DNA of 35,031 nt from a virus (Duplodnaviria; Caudoviricetes), in IMG/VR virus record IMGVR_UViG_3300033067_001100, positions 1 to 35,031 of that record. The stretch is one strand, 5' to 3'. Each line of letters starts with the position of its first letter. Within the stretch, counting starts at the first letter, position 1. The translations under genes were made by a program, and so were the position numbers. Positions 18,706 through 27,745 of the stretch are shown in pieces. Below the pieces are notes generated by a model, which saw nothing but the letters and a program-made list of their open reading frames with translations, had not been told where the DNA came from and searched no databases.

Positions 18706-21227
18706 TGGCGTTTGACCTTGCCACCGCAAAGCCGGTTGGACAGTTCGGTGGTGGTTTTGATCTGTCCACTGCAAAGCCCGTTGAAGAGGCCTCCAAAACC
18801 ACATTCATGGAGAACTTGAAGCAGGGCGCTGGCAATCTGGTGGCCGGTGCCGTGCGCGGAGCGGGGTCAATTGGTGCCACACTGCTTGCTCCGAAGGACA
18901 TCATCAGTGACGCTTTGGACGGGAATGGCCTGACCCTTGAATCCAACCGCAGGCGCCGTGCAGATATGGATGCCGCCCTCAATACATTGGGCGCAGAGCC
19001 TGATTCGACCATGTATGCCGTTGGCAAAGTGGGGGGCGAGATTGCTGGCACGGCTGGCGCTGGCGGCGTGGTGGGCAATGCGTTGACACGTCTGGTGCAG
19101 GCTCCCCGTGTGGCCGCTGCATTCCCTGAGCTGGCCGCCAGGGTCAATCCGCTGATTCAGGCCGTGAGCAGCAGTGGCATGACGACCGGTGCCAAAGTTG
19201 CACCTGGTGCAGTCGCTGCGGCCAAGGATCTGGCTGTGCGCAGTGTTGGCTCTGGGGTGGCCGGTGCTGTTCAGGCTGGAATGGTTGACCCGAATGAGGC
19301 TGCGTCTGGTGGTGCCATTGGTTTGGCCACGCCGGGTGTGTTGAAGCTGGCCGGAACGTTGGGAAGCTCGGTTTACAACGCCGTGAAGGGTGGTAAGCCC
19401 AATGCCGGACGCTTGCTGGCTGATGCTCTGGGTGTTGATGAAGCGGGCCTGAAAAAGATCGTTGATGCTGCTAATGCTGCACCGGATTCCATTGTGGATG
19501 GCTCCAAACTGACGCTTGGCCAGGCGCTGCAGCACCAGGGTGCCAACATTCCAGAAGCCAAGATGCTGGAGCGGATCGTGGCTGGTGGTCCTGGTGGTGA
19601 CAAGCTCCTGAAACAGTATCAGGATCAGGCAACCGCACGCATGGCCGCTTTGCAAGGCCAGGGCGCTGAGACCTACATGGGCGCAGCGCGTGAAGAGGCG
19701 ACCAAGCAGGGCGACATGATCGGGGCCATTTTGCGCACCCAGGCGGGTGACGACAAGGCAGCAGCGCGGGCAGCATGGGAAGCCGTGCACGGTCGGGCTG
19801 CGCAAGATGGCGTGAGCCTGCAGCTGCCACTCCAAGACATGGAAGCCGCCATGGGGCCGCTGGGTCGTGGTTCTGTGATTCCGGCCAAGGATGCGCGTGG
19901 CGTTTTGCAGGTGGCCAAGGACATTGGCACTGAAGAGTTGCCTGCTGTGGTTCCGCTCAAGGCGGGCCCGGTGAACAAGTCGCAGTCCCTGGAGCAGGCC
20001 GTGCGCGCTGCCGGTGGTATTCGTGGTGGTTCTGGTGAGCTGCGTGATCTGGGTATTCGGCAATCTGGCACAACGGGGTTGATCAACAACAAGACCGGGC
20101 AAGAGGCAGATTTGCTGGCCGAGGAAATGCACCGCCGTGGCTTCATTCCTGACGCCGATCCGGCCACGCTGTTTGACGCCTTGCGCAATGGTGGTGGGCG
20201 CAAGTTGTACGCCAATGACCAGGTTGAGAATAATGCGCTGCAGCGCTTGGCCGAAGCTGCCATGGGCGATGCTCCGGAGGCGGAACGCATTGCCAAGGCG
20301 GTGCCGTTTGCAGAATTCCAGCGTCTGCGCCGCGATTCTGGCTCACTGGCGGCAAAGGCCGGGGAGCGTGCGGGCGGAGAGACTGAGGCCGGTGTGCTGG
20401 CCAAGATTCAGGAGTTGCTGACGCGCCGGGCAGATGATGCTGCCAATGGGCTTACGCTCGAAGGTGACAACGTGACGCCGGAATTCCTAGCCCAGTACAA
20501 CCAGGCGCGGGGCATGACCAAGGCCAATGCCGAGCGCTACAAGGGGGGCAACAACATCACGTCGATTCTGCGCAAGCCAGTCGGGCAGGAATACACGCTC
20601 AATGGTGACGAAATCGCAAACAAGCTCTGGCACGGTGGTGCAGGCCTGGCCGGTGACGTGACCAACTTGAAGCAGGTTCTTTCTGGTGACAACTACGAGC
20701 CAACCATGAATGCCTTGCGCAAACTGGTCATGACCGATGCGGCCAGCAAGACCACGGCATCCGGAAATCTGGGATCAGCTCTGCCGAGGTACGTGGAAAG
20801 CCGTCTGCCTGGCTTGCAAGAGGCATTGACGCCTGAGCAGTTGAATGCGTTGACCAGTGTGGCCGGTGACATTCGCAATTCGGAGGCGGCTGCGGCCGTC
20901 AATGGGCTGCGTGGGTCAGACACCCAGGCAAAGATCAGCCGTGCGCTTGATGCTGGGTTGCTGGATTCATCGCTGGCCAAGGCTGCGGCCAAGTTGGGGA
21001 GTTTCAAGGGTGTCGGTATTGAGCCGCTACGCAACAAGTTGGCAGATGCCGTGATCGGTTACAAGGGTCGCACATTGGCCCAACTGCTGGCTGATCCGAA
21101 GGCTGCGGCTGCCGCTCTGCAGGACCAGGGGTTCACGCATGGCCTGGATGCCAAGACGCTTAAGGCTCTCGAATTTGCTTCTGGTCTCGTTTCTCGCGGA
21201 GCCGTCCCGGCTCTAGCAGACCGGTAG
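18705..21227 (+). CDS. DNA ejection protein (gp16-like position)
   Basis: 840 aa, Ala/Gly-rich; synteny. Confidence 0.7.
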   Translation: MAFDLATAKPVGQFGGGFDLSTAKPVEEASKTTFMENLKQGAGNLVAGAVRGAGSIGATLLAPKDIISDALDGNGLTLESNRRRRADMDAALNTLGAEPDSTMYAVGKVGGEIAGTAGAGGVVGNALTRLVQAPRVAAAFPELAARVNPLIQAVSSSGMTTGAKVAPGAVAAAKDLAVRSVGSGVAGAVQAGMVDPNEAASGGAIGLATPGVLKLAGTLGSSVYNAVKGGKPNAGRLLADALGVDEAGLKKIVDAANAAPDSIVDGSKLTLGQALQHQGANIPEAKMLERIVAGGPGGDKLLKQYQDQATARMAALQGQGAETYMGAAREEATKQGDMIGAILRTQAGDDKAAARAAWEAVHGRAAQDGVSLQLPLQDMEAAMGPLGRGSVIPAKDARGVLQVAKDIGTEELPAVVPLKAGPVNKSQSLEQAVRAAGGIRGGSGELRDLGIRQSGTTGLINNKTGQEADLLAEEMHRRGFIPDADPATLFDALRNGGGRKLYANDQVENNALQRLAEAAMGDAPEAERIAKAVPFAEFQRLRRDSGSLAAKAGERAGGETEAGVLAKIQELLTRRADDAANGLTLEGDNVTPEFLAQYNQARGMTKANAERYKGGNNITSILRKPVGQEYTLNGDEIANKLWHGGAGLAGDVTNLKQVLSGDNYEPTMNALRKLVMTDAASKTTASGNLGSALPRYVESRLPGLQEALTPEQLNALTSVAGDIRNSEAAAAVNGLRGSDTQAKISRALDAGLLDSSLAKAAAKLGSFKGVGIEPLRNKLADAVIGYKGRTLAQLLADPKAAAAALQDQGFTHGLDAKTLKALEFASGLVSRGAVPALADR

Positions 21228-21288
21228 CCCCAAGCACAAAGGCAATCAGGAACAGGGCCCCGAGTTTCCAAAGCATAAATTCAATCAT
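21160..21288 (-). CDS. Small antisense membrane protein (42 aa)
   Basis: MIEFMLWKLGALFLIAFVLGATGLLEPGRLREKRDQKQIREP; one TM segment plus a charged tail. Confidence 0.5.
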   Translation of the reverse strand: MIEFMLWKLGALFLIAFVLGATGLLEPGRLREKRDQKQIREP

Positions 21289-21354
21289 GCGCCAAATCAT
21301 AGCTTCTTAAAATCACGCAACCCTTAACGCGCCGCGATGGCGCTGGAGTAAAAC

Positions 21355-23655
21355 ATGACAGCTAGTCAACCGGGCACGTTCAACGTGCAAGAGTTCACAG
21401 ACCTAGGCGACCCTCTGGTGGGCGGCAGGCTCTACACCTACACCCAGGGTACTACCACCCACAAGACGGCCTACACGAATCACGAAGGCACGATTCCCCA
21501 CACTTACACCAGCGATGGACTGGGTGGTCAGTACATCGCATTGAACGCACGCGGCGAGCTTCCTGCTCCGCTGTACCTTGCAGCTGGGAGCTATGACCTG
21601 GCATTGAAGACGGCGGCCGGGGCGACGGTGTGGACGCGCCGCGCAGATCCCGTGTGGGACATCACAAGTGATCTTTCAGCAACCGCTGGAGCTAGCCTGA
21701 TCGGCTTCATCCAGTCCGGCACTGGTGCAGTGGCCCGCACGGTACAAGATGAGCTGCGCGACACGGTGAAGGCAATCCAGTTTGCTGCGGGTGATGGCGT
21801 GACCGACGACACTGCGAAACTACTGGCCTGTATTGCAACCTCCCCGCTATCAATCGACCTGGTTGGAAAGACCTACCGCGTCACAGCCAAGCTGATCTTC
21901 TCCGTTGCTGGCATGACCATCAAGAACGGCACCCTGCTGTTTGATGGCCCAATCACCGACCGCCTGGCCAACGTCACCGCGTCCAACGTCACATTTGAAG
22001 ACGTGGTGTTTGACGGCAACAACAAGCAGCCGCGCTCCGCCCTGATCTATGTTGATACCGGGATTGACCGCCCGAAGTTCTTGAACTGCACGGCAAAGAA
22101 TCTGCGATGCGTCAATAACGGCACGTCGGTACTGAATGCGACCTATGCGCTGCTGATCAATCCCTATGCCGTGACCAATATCGAAGTGGTCGGCTGCATT
22201 TTCAAAGACTTGACCAAATACAACGATGGCGTGACTGGGACCCCCACCGCTGCGGCGACTGTTGGTTATGGATTCATCGGTGGCATCTGCTTCCTTCCAG
22301 AAGATATGTCGGTGCCGGTAGCAGCGCAGCCAACGCCAACGTCAGGGATTATTGAAGGCTGCACCTTTGACAACATCCAGACCATCAAAGCTGCGGCGCT
22401 GTCTCTGACAGATCAGGCTGGCTATGACGATGCCGATGCCATCCGGACTTATGGCCAGACTGGCGGTGCAGAGCGGATTGATGTGGTGATTTCCAACTGC
22501 GTTTTCCGTCGGTGCTCCAAGCGCGCCATGAAGCTTTTGGCCTCTGGAACTGTTGCACATGACAACGTGGTTTATGCAACGGGCATGCAGTACGGGATGA
22601 TCAACCCCGTTTATCTGGGCAATAACGACGCGGTGCACAACACCAAGGTTTTTGCGTCGGCTGCGCTACCTGTCCAGTCGGGCGTTCAATATGTTCCAAA
22701 CGGTGAAGCGACCCAGCGGGAAACTCTTGTTGACGGCTTCTTTGTGTCGCATTGCATCACTGGGTATAGCTTCTCTTCTGATGCTTCTTTCTCTGCGGTC
22801 ACCGGTCTGACAGTTCGCAACTTCACGGCGAATCAGGCGTCGGCTTACGGCATTGCCGAAACTGCGCCACTTCCCACAACTCAATCGCTTTTGAAATTCG
22901 AGAATATCAAGATACTCGGAAGCGGGAATAACTTGGTTGGTATCAGCATTCCTGGAAACTCCGACGGCACCACAAGTGGCTGCACTTTCAATAATGTGGA
23001 CATCAATAATGGAAGCGTCAGCATTGGCGGCGTGAACAATGATGTGGATGGTTTGAAAGTCACCATCGACAACCCGTCATTCGTGGGACTTAGCACCTCT
23101 GCTCGCTTGTTCCGAATCGGTCAAGGTGGGTTTGGTGGGTATCAAAACCTGAAGAATATCTTCATCAACGCCTACAACATCGACACGGCATTCCTGAATG
23201 CAACTCGTACGGAAATGATTCTGTTCCTGGGCGATAACTGCAACTACAGGAATATCCGAATCAAGGTTCCGGATGGGCTTACCCAGTCTTACCCGCACTT
23301 TGAGTTCTACGGCAACTCGTGGGACTTGGATGGCCTCGTATATGACGGCCCGAGCTATGGATTTATTGGCCAGTCGCTCGCGTCCACGCGCTGGGCAATC
23401 AAGAACGCTGTGCGCCTAGGCAGCGGCGCAAGTTCCAGCGCATTCTTATATACGGGTAACGCAGGTACTGGCAATGGTTTGTTTGAAAACATTACAGACT
23501 TTAGACCGACGACAAATAACACCATCACGATCCACGACGGCCTTGGCGCTGGCAATCGCTTCATCGTCACCAATGTGGCAAGCAAGACCAGCAACGTGAC
23601 CATCGTTCAAAACGGGGGGCTAGCCACCGTCACCAACGCAATCAACTTCCCATAA
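21355..23655 (+). CDS. Tailspike with a parallel beta-helix (depolymerase-like)
   Basis: N-terminal head-binding region (GGRLYTY...LNARGE); QSGTGAVARTVQDELRD; GDGVTDDT; Asn/Ile/Val-rich repeats. Confidence 0.85.
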   Translation: MTASQPGTFNVQEFTDLGDPLVGGRLYTYTQGTTTHKTAYTNHEGTIPHTYTSDGLGGQYIALNARGELPAPLYLAAGSYDLALKTAAGATVWTRRADPVWDITSDLSATAGASLIGFIQSGTGAVARTVQDELRDTVKAIQFAAGDGVTDDTAKLLACIATSPLSIDLVGKTYRVTAKLIFSVAGMTIKNGTLLFDGPITDRLANVTASNVTFEDVVFDGNNKQPRSALIYVDTGIDRPKFLNCTAKNLRCVNNGTSVLNATYALLINPYAVTNIEVVGCIFKDLTKYNDGVTGTPTAAATVGYGFIGGICFLPEDMSVPVAAQPTPTSGIIEGCTFDNIQTIKAAALSLTDQAGYDDADAIRTYGQTGGAERIDVVISNCVFRRCSKRAMKLLASGTVAHDNVVYATGMQYGMINPVYLGNNDAVHNTKVFASAALPVQSGVQYVPNGEATQRETLVDGFFVSHCITGYSFSSDASFSAVTGLTVRNFTANQASAYGIAETAPLPTTQSLLKFENIKILGSGNNLVGISIPGNSDGTTSGCTFNNVDINNGSVSIGGVNNDVDGLKVTIDNPSFVGLSTSARLFRIGQGGFGGYQNLKNIFINAYNIDTAFLNATRTEMILFLGDNCNYRNIRIKVPDGLTQSYPHFEFYGNSWDLDGLVYDGPSYGFIGQSLASTRWAIKNAVRLGSGASSSAFLYTGNAGTGNGLFENITDFRPTTNNTITIHDGLGAGNRFIVTNVASKTSNVTIVQNGGLATVTNAINFP

Positions 23656-23664
23656 GGAGCCACC

Positions 23665-23856
23665 ATGCCAACCATCATTCAATTCGCCAAGTCTCACACC
23701 ATTCAGTTCGCAACCGCTGTAACGGCGTTGGGTGTCGTGCAGCAGGTAGGCGCGTTCGTGATTCCAGCAGAGTATCAAGGAATGGCTATGAGCGCCATCG
23801 GCCTAGCAATTGCGGCGCTGCGCTTCATCACCAACAAGGCACTGTCTGAAAAATGA
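23665..23856 (+). CDS. Small two-TM protein, holin-like
   Basis: AAGGAG RBS; two hydrophobic segments; LRFITNKAL end. Confidence 0.65.
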   Translation: MPTIIQFAKSHTIQFATAVTALGVVQQVGAFVIPAEYQGMAMSAIGLAIAALRFITNKALSEK

Positions 23857-24305
23857 GCGCCAAAGACCGCGCCATCGACTCCATCACCCGCGCCCTGTGG
23901 GACACCGAAATGGTGTCTGCGCGCCTCCTCCTGGGTATTGCCGAGTTCTGGTGGTTCGCGCTGCTGATCTGGCCGGGTGACACCTTTGGCCGCCCCACCT
24001 ACAGCGGCATGGCGAAGGTCGGGGCAGAGGAAGCCTGGGGCATTGTGTTTGCAGCCTCCAGCGTCACACAGTTCACCATCGTCGTTCGGCAGGACTTCCA
24101 CTGCTGGGTGGCGCGCTACTTCGCGGCCTGGAACATGGTTCTGTGGGTGTTTGTGGTGGTGTCCATGCTGCAGAGCGTGTACCCGCCACCGGCGGCCATC
24201 AGTGCCGAGATCACGCTGGCGCTGGCCGCTGTTTGGATCTGGATTCGACCATTCTTGCAATTGAGAGCCTATGAGCGAGCCGAACGAACTACCCCGCACC
24301 TGTGA
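23853..24305 (+). CDS. Multi-pass membrane protein in the lysis module
   Basis: About four hydrophobic segments. Confidence 0.65.
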   Translation: MSAKDRAIDSITRALWDTEMVSARLLLGIAEFWWFALLIWPGDTFGRPTYSGMAKVGAEEAWGIVFAASSVTQFTIVVRQDFHCWVARYFAAWNMVLWVFVVVSMLQSVYPPPAAISAEITLALAAVWIWIRPFLQLRAYERAERTTPHL

Positions 24306-24588
24306 TGCCTGCACCGAAGTCCGCAAGGACGTGGACGGCATCCACGCCCGCCTGGAGACGGCGGAGCACAGCATTTCCCGCATTCGCGAGGGTTTTGTGA
24401 AAAACGACCTGGGCAACCCCGACTACGACGGCCACCGGGTATCCCACGCCACCTCCATCAAGAAAGCCGAGGTGGTGCAGGGCTACCAGCGCGACATGAC
24501 CAAGCGCGCCCTGGAGTGGCTGCTGGTGGCGGTGGGGGTGCTGATTGGGCAAGGGGCGCTGGAGTGGGTCAAGGCGCATTTGAAATAG
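24271..24588 (+). CDS. Hypothetical protein with a C-terminal TM segment
   Basis: PDYDGHR motif; hydrophobic C-terminus. Confidence 0.6.
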   Translation: MSEPNELPRTCDACTEVRKDVDGIHARLETAEHSISRIREGFVKNDLGNPDYDGHRVSHATSIKKAEVVQGYQRDMTKRALEWLLVAVGVLIGQGALEWVKAHLK

Positions 24589-24599
24589 GAGCAACACGC

Positions 24600-25064
24600 A
24601 TGTTCACTGCACTTCTTTCATTCTTGGGCGGCAGCGTTTTTCGCATGCTGTGGGGCGAAATCTCGCACTGGCTCACCGAGCGCCAGCAGCACCAGCAGGA
24701 ACTCGACCGCCTGCGCCTGCAGGGCGAGCTCGACGCCGCCCAGCACGGCCGCCAAATGGAGAGCCTGCGCCTGCAGGCCGACATGGGCGTCAAGGTCATC
24801 GAGGCCCAGAGCGCGGCCGTCATCGGGGGCCTGGAGGCCGAAGGCTGGCTGGAGGCCGTGAAGGCCACCGGCCGCAGCGTGGGCATTGCCTGGGTCGATG
24901 CCTGGAACGCCAGCATCCGCCCCGGCGTGGCCACCTGGGCCGTGGTGATGCTGACCGGGGATGCGGCCAAGCTGATCGTGCTTACCGAGTTCACCACCAG
25001 CGTGTGCTCTGCGGCCCTGGGCATCTACCTGGCCGACCGCAACCTGGCCAAGCGCGGGAAGTGA
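24600..25064 (+). CDS. Lysis-associated membrane protein
   Basis: AGGAG RBS; WVDAWNASIRPGVATW...YLADR. Confidence 0.65.
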   Translation: MFTALLSFLGGSVFRMLWGEISHWLTERQQHQQELDRLRLQGELDAAQHGRQMESLRLQADMGVKVIEAQSAAVIGGLEAEGWLEAVKATGRSVGIAWVDAWNASIRPGVATWAVVMLTGDAAKLIVLTEFTTSVCSAALGIYLADRNLAKRGK

Positions 25065-25066
25065 GC

Positions 25067-25534
25067 ATGGGCAACGACTACGCCGTGCAAGTGGCCGCGC
25101 AGCTATGCAGACGGTTTGAGGGGGTTTATCTTCGACCGTACATCTGCCCCGCTGGCGTGGCCACGATTGGAATCGGGTCAACGGCCTACGAAGACGGCAC
25201 CCGCGTCACGCTAGCCGACCCGCCCATCACCCCCGAACGCGCCGAAGCCCTGCTGCTGTGGGCCATCAAGCACCGCTACCTGCCCCAGGTGCTGCGCCTG
25301 TGCCCGGCCATCCCCAGCCCGGAGAAGGCCGCCGCCCTGATCGACTTCACCTACAACCTGGGCGCGGGCAATCTGAAGGCCAGCAACCTGCGCAGGCGCG
25401 TCAACGCCCAGGACTGGGACGCCGTGCCCGCCGAGCTGCGCAAGTGGGTGCGCGGGGGTGGCAAGGTGCTGCGGGGCTTGGTGGTTCGGCGGGAGGCGGA
25501 AGTGGCGCTGGTGGAGCAGGGCGCGGTGCAGTAG
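25067..25534 (+). CDS. Endolysin (GH24 lysozyme)
   Basis: FEG...YICPAGVATIGIG, DFTYNLG, GLVVRREAE. Confidence 0.93.
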   Translation: MGNDYAVQVAAQLCRRFEGVYLRPYICPAGVATIGIGSTAYEDGTRVTLADPPITPERAEALLLWAIKHRYLPQVLRLCPAIPSPEKAAALIDFTYNLGAGNLKASNLRRRVNAQDWDAVPAELRKWVRGGGKVLRGLVVRREAEVALVEQGAVQ

Positions 25535-25539
25535 GCTCT

Positions 25540-25569
25540 GACCATCTTGCTGACGCCAGCAATATGGTC
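25540..25569. repeat. 30-bp imperfect palindrome
   Basis: GACCAT-C-TTGCTG-ACGC-CAGCAA-T-ATGGTC. Confidence 0.75.
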
Positions 25570-25596
25570 GAATTTCCGACGAACGGTAAAAGTGCT

Positions 25597-25652
25597 TGCA
25601 TAGTCGAATTCAAGAGCGGATCGCTTCGCGCCCGCTTAATTCGGCGTTATAC
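25597..25652 (+). other. Degenerate attC-like site A (R'' box lost)
   Basis: ATTCAAG / GCTTAAT L boxes, CGC-TTC-GCG tip, R' GTTATAC at 25646-25652; no AAC at the left end. Confidence 0.65.
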
Positions 25653-25653
25653 G

Positions 25654-26337
25654 TCACAGTTCCATCGCCTGTTGAGTCGGCAAAGCTGCTGATTCAGGCG
25701 CGAACATTTGTCCTTGTGCCTGCGCTCTGGCTATGCGCTCACAGGCAATGTCAAAGTATTTGCGCTCGCGCTCGATGCCTGTGAAAGAACGCCCCATCAA
25801 TGCGCAGGCGACCCCGGTGCTTCCACTTCCCATGAACGGATCAAGCACGGTTGCGCCGGTCGGCGCTGCTTCAATCGCCCACTGCATTACTGGCACGGGC
25901 TTCTGCGTAGGGTGTTCCTTGCTGCGGTAGTCGCCTCGCGCTAGTGGGTCATGCGTCAGGACTTTGGCGTTACCATCCCAACTGCACCAGGCAAACTCGC
26001 ACTCGGCAAAAGTCCGGTTCTTGAATCCTGCGCCCTTGTCCCACACCAAGTAGTTGCGACTCGGCGGCAGGTTGTAGTAGTTCCCGCCGAAAATCACATG
26101 GTGCGCGGCACGCTCCAGCATCAGAAGCATCAGCCACTGTGGCGGCACCGCTTCATCCCACTTCATGTCGGCAGCGCCGCCCCACTTCTGCACGCCGTAT
26201 TTGCCGACGCCTGAGCTGGCCCCAATCCCATACGGCGGGTCGGTGCAAAGCAAGTCGTGTGCAGGCAGCAGCGGCAGCACTTCTCGGCAGTCGCCGTGCC
26301 AAAGTTCAGCGTTTCCTATCACTACTTTTTCGCTCAT
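25654..26337 (-). CDS. DNA methyltransferase (N6-A/N4-C, beta order)
   Basis: TDPPY, HPTQKP, VLDPFMGSGSTG. Confidence 0.93.
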   Translation of the reverse strand: MSEKVVIGNAELWHGDCREVLPLLPAHDLLCTDPPYGIGASSGVGKYGVQKWGGAADMKWDEAVPPQWLMLLMLERAAHHVIFGGNYYNLPPSRNYLVWDKGAGFKNRTFAECEFAWCSWDGNAKVLTHDPLARGDYRSKEHPTQKPVPVMQWAIEAAPTGATVLDPFMGSGSTGVACALMGRSFTGIERERKYFDIACERIARAQAQGQMFAPESAALPTQQAMEL

Positions 26338-26354
26338 GTGTTCTTTCGTGTGTC

Positions 26355-26409
26355 GTATAACAGGTTGCCCGAAGCCGACGCTTCGCGCGGTTCAGCGCCA
26401 GCGTTATAC
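26355..26409 (+). other. attC-like site B
   Basis: GTATAAC...CCG(A)CGC-TTC-GCGCGG...GTTATAC; 55 bp. Confidence 0.8.
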
Positions 26410-26847
26410 GGCTAGTGCGTCTTCCACCCGTGGGCGAAAAACCACCACCGCGCTAGGAAATGGGGCGCTGTCTTTCGCGTCCCCAAACTTCAAACGGCCC
26501 TTCACAAAATGCACCTCGCCTTTTGCGCAGTAGTCGTGCCACCATCGCGTATCAACACGGGCCGGGAGCAGGCAGACAATCGTGCTGCCATGCAGCCTCG
26601 CCTGCACATAGGCTTTTTCAACCCATGCGCCAATCTCGCGGCCATAGGGCGGGTTCATCCAGCAAGTGCCCGTCCAGTCCTGCGCCAAGCCGTCTTGCTC
26701 GGGCGTGAAAAACTTGTGGCACTTCGTGTTTGTCGGCAGGGCGCACACGTCGGTTTCAAACTGGAAAAAGCCGTTCAACTTGTCGAAGAACGCTTGTGGT
26801 GTTGCCCACATATCCGTCTTGCTCGAAAACATCAATTCGTTGTTCAT
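26404..26847 (-). CDS. Phage N6-adenine methyltransferase (phage Dam-type family)
   Basis: WATPQ, DGLAQDW, WMNPPYG, GRLKF, APFPS; its TAA lies within the GTTA core of site B. Confidence 0.92.
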   Translation of the reverse strand: MNNELMFSSKTDMWATPQAFFDKLNGFFQFETDVCALPTNTKCHKFFTPEQDGLAQDWTGTCWMNPPYGREIGAWVEKAYVQARLHGSTIVCLLPARVDTRWWHDYCAKGEVHFVKGRLKFGDAKDSAPFPSAVVVFRPRVEDALAV

Positions 26848-26857
26848 TGGTAAATCC

Positions 26858-26917
26858 GTATAACAGGTTGGTCAATCCGACTTCGTTTCACTCAGCGGCT
26901 TACCGCTAGTGTTAGGG
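26858..26917 (+). other. attC-like site C
   Basis: GTATAAC, L'' GGT(C)AATC / L' GCTTACC, R' GTTAGGG; 60 bp. Confidence 0.8.
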
Positions 26918-26924
26918 CGCTCTC

Positions 26925-27716
26925 TCACACCAACGTCTGCTGCTCGGCCTGCTGCGGGAGTAGGTCGCCGCCCACTGCCCGCTCCAGCCGCTTGCAAGCC
27001 ACGTCGAAGTAGTGCGCCGTCTTCTCAATCCCGATGAACCGGTACCCAAGTTGCAGCGCCGCAACCCCGGTAGAGGCGCTGCCCATGAACGGGTCCAAGA
27101 TCAGCCCGCCAGGCGTTACGCACTTCACCAGCTCGCCCATCAGGTGCACCGGCTTGCCCGTCATGTGCAGCTTCTGCCGGTGGTCCACCCGTTCGCGCAC
27201 TAGGCCGGGCCACGGCCCGCCGTGCGCGCTTGGCGCCAGCGGCCCGTTGCTGCCCCACACCAAGTATTCGCACTGGTGCCGGAAGTAGCCGGTGTGCGGG
27301 GCTCGGCTGCTCTCGGTCTTGTCCCAGGGCACCAGTCCGCGCCACACGAAGCCGCCCGCCTGGAAGGCATCGGTCAGCATCGGCAGTTGCCGCCAGTCCG
27401 TGAAGCACAGCGCGTAGCCTCCGGGCTTCATGCGCTCCTGCACCAGCGTCAGCCAGCAGCTCACCCAAAAGCCCCAGCTTCGCGCGTCGCGGTTGTCGCC
27501 GCTGAAGTCCTGGTTTTGTTCCGCGTCCAGCGCGTTGCCGCTCTGCACGTACTTGGCCGCAGTGGTCTGCATGGCACGGTCGCCGCGCACCATGCCGCCG
27601 CTGCTGTAGGGCGGGTCGGTAATCAGCGCGTCCACGGTGTCGGTCAGGCTTTGCAGCACGTCCATGCAGTCGCCCCGGTACAGGGTGGCATTGCCAATCA
27701 CTATCTTCTCTGTCAT
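26925..27716 (-). CDS. DNA methyltransferase (N6-A/N4-C, beta order)
   Basis: TDPPYSSGG, HMTGKP, ILDPFMGSASTG. Confidence 0.93.
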   Translation of the reverse strand: MTEKIVIGNATLYRGDCMDVLQSLTDTVDALITDPPYSSGGMVRGDRAMQTTAAKYVQSGNALDAEQNQDFSGDNRDARSWGFWVSCWLTLVQERMKPGGYALCFTDWRQLPMLTDAFQAGGFVWRGLVPWDKTESSRAPHTGYFRHQCEYLVWGSNGPLAPSAHGGPWPGLVRERVDHRQKLHMTGKPVHLMGELVKCVTPGGLILDPFMGSASTGVAALQLGYRFIGIEKTAHYFDVACKRLERAVGGDLLPQQAEQQTLV

Positions 27717-27745
27717 TCGTAGCCTTTCGCGTTTCTCAACCAGCG

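Noticed and set aside
18711-18785. Duplicated FDLxTAKPV motif at the start of the gp16-like protein
   Set aside because: Short N-terminal repeats are common in ejection proteins; nothing further is supportable.
7459-20404. Long minus-strand ORFs (e.g. 7459-8568, 9785-10933, 17767-18804, 18867-20132)
   Set aside because: Antisense shadows of high-GC structural genes, with no motifs.
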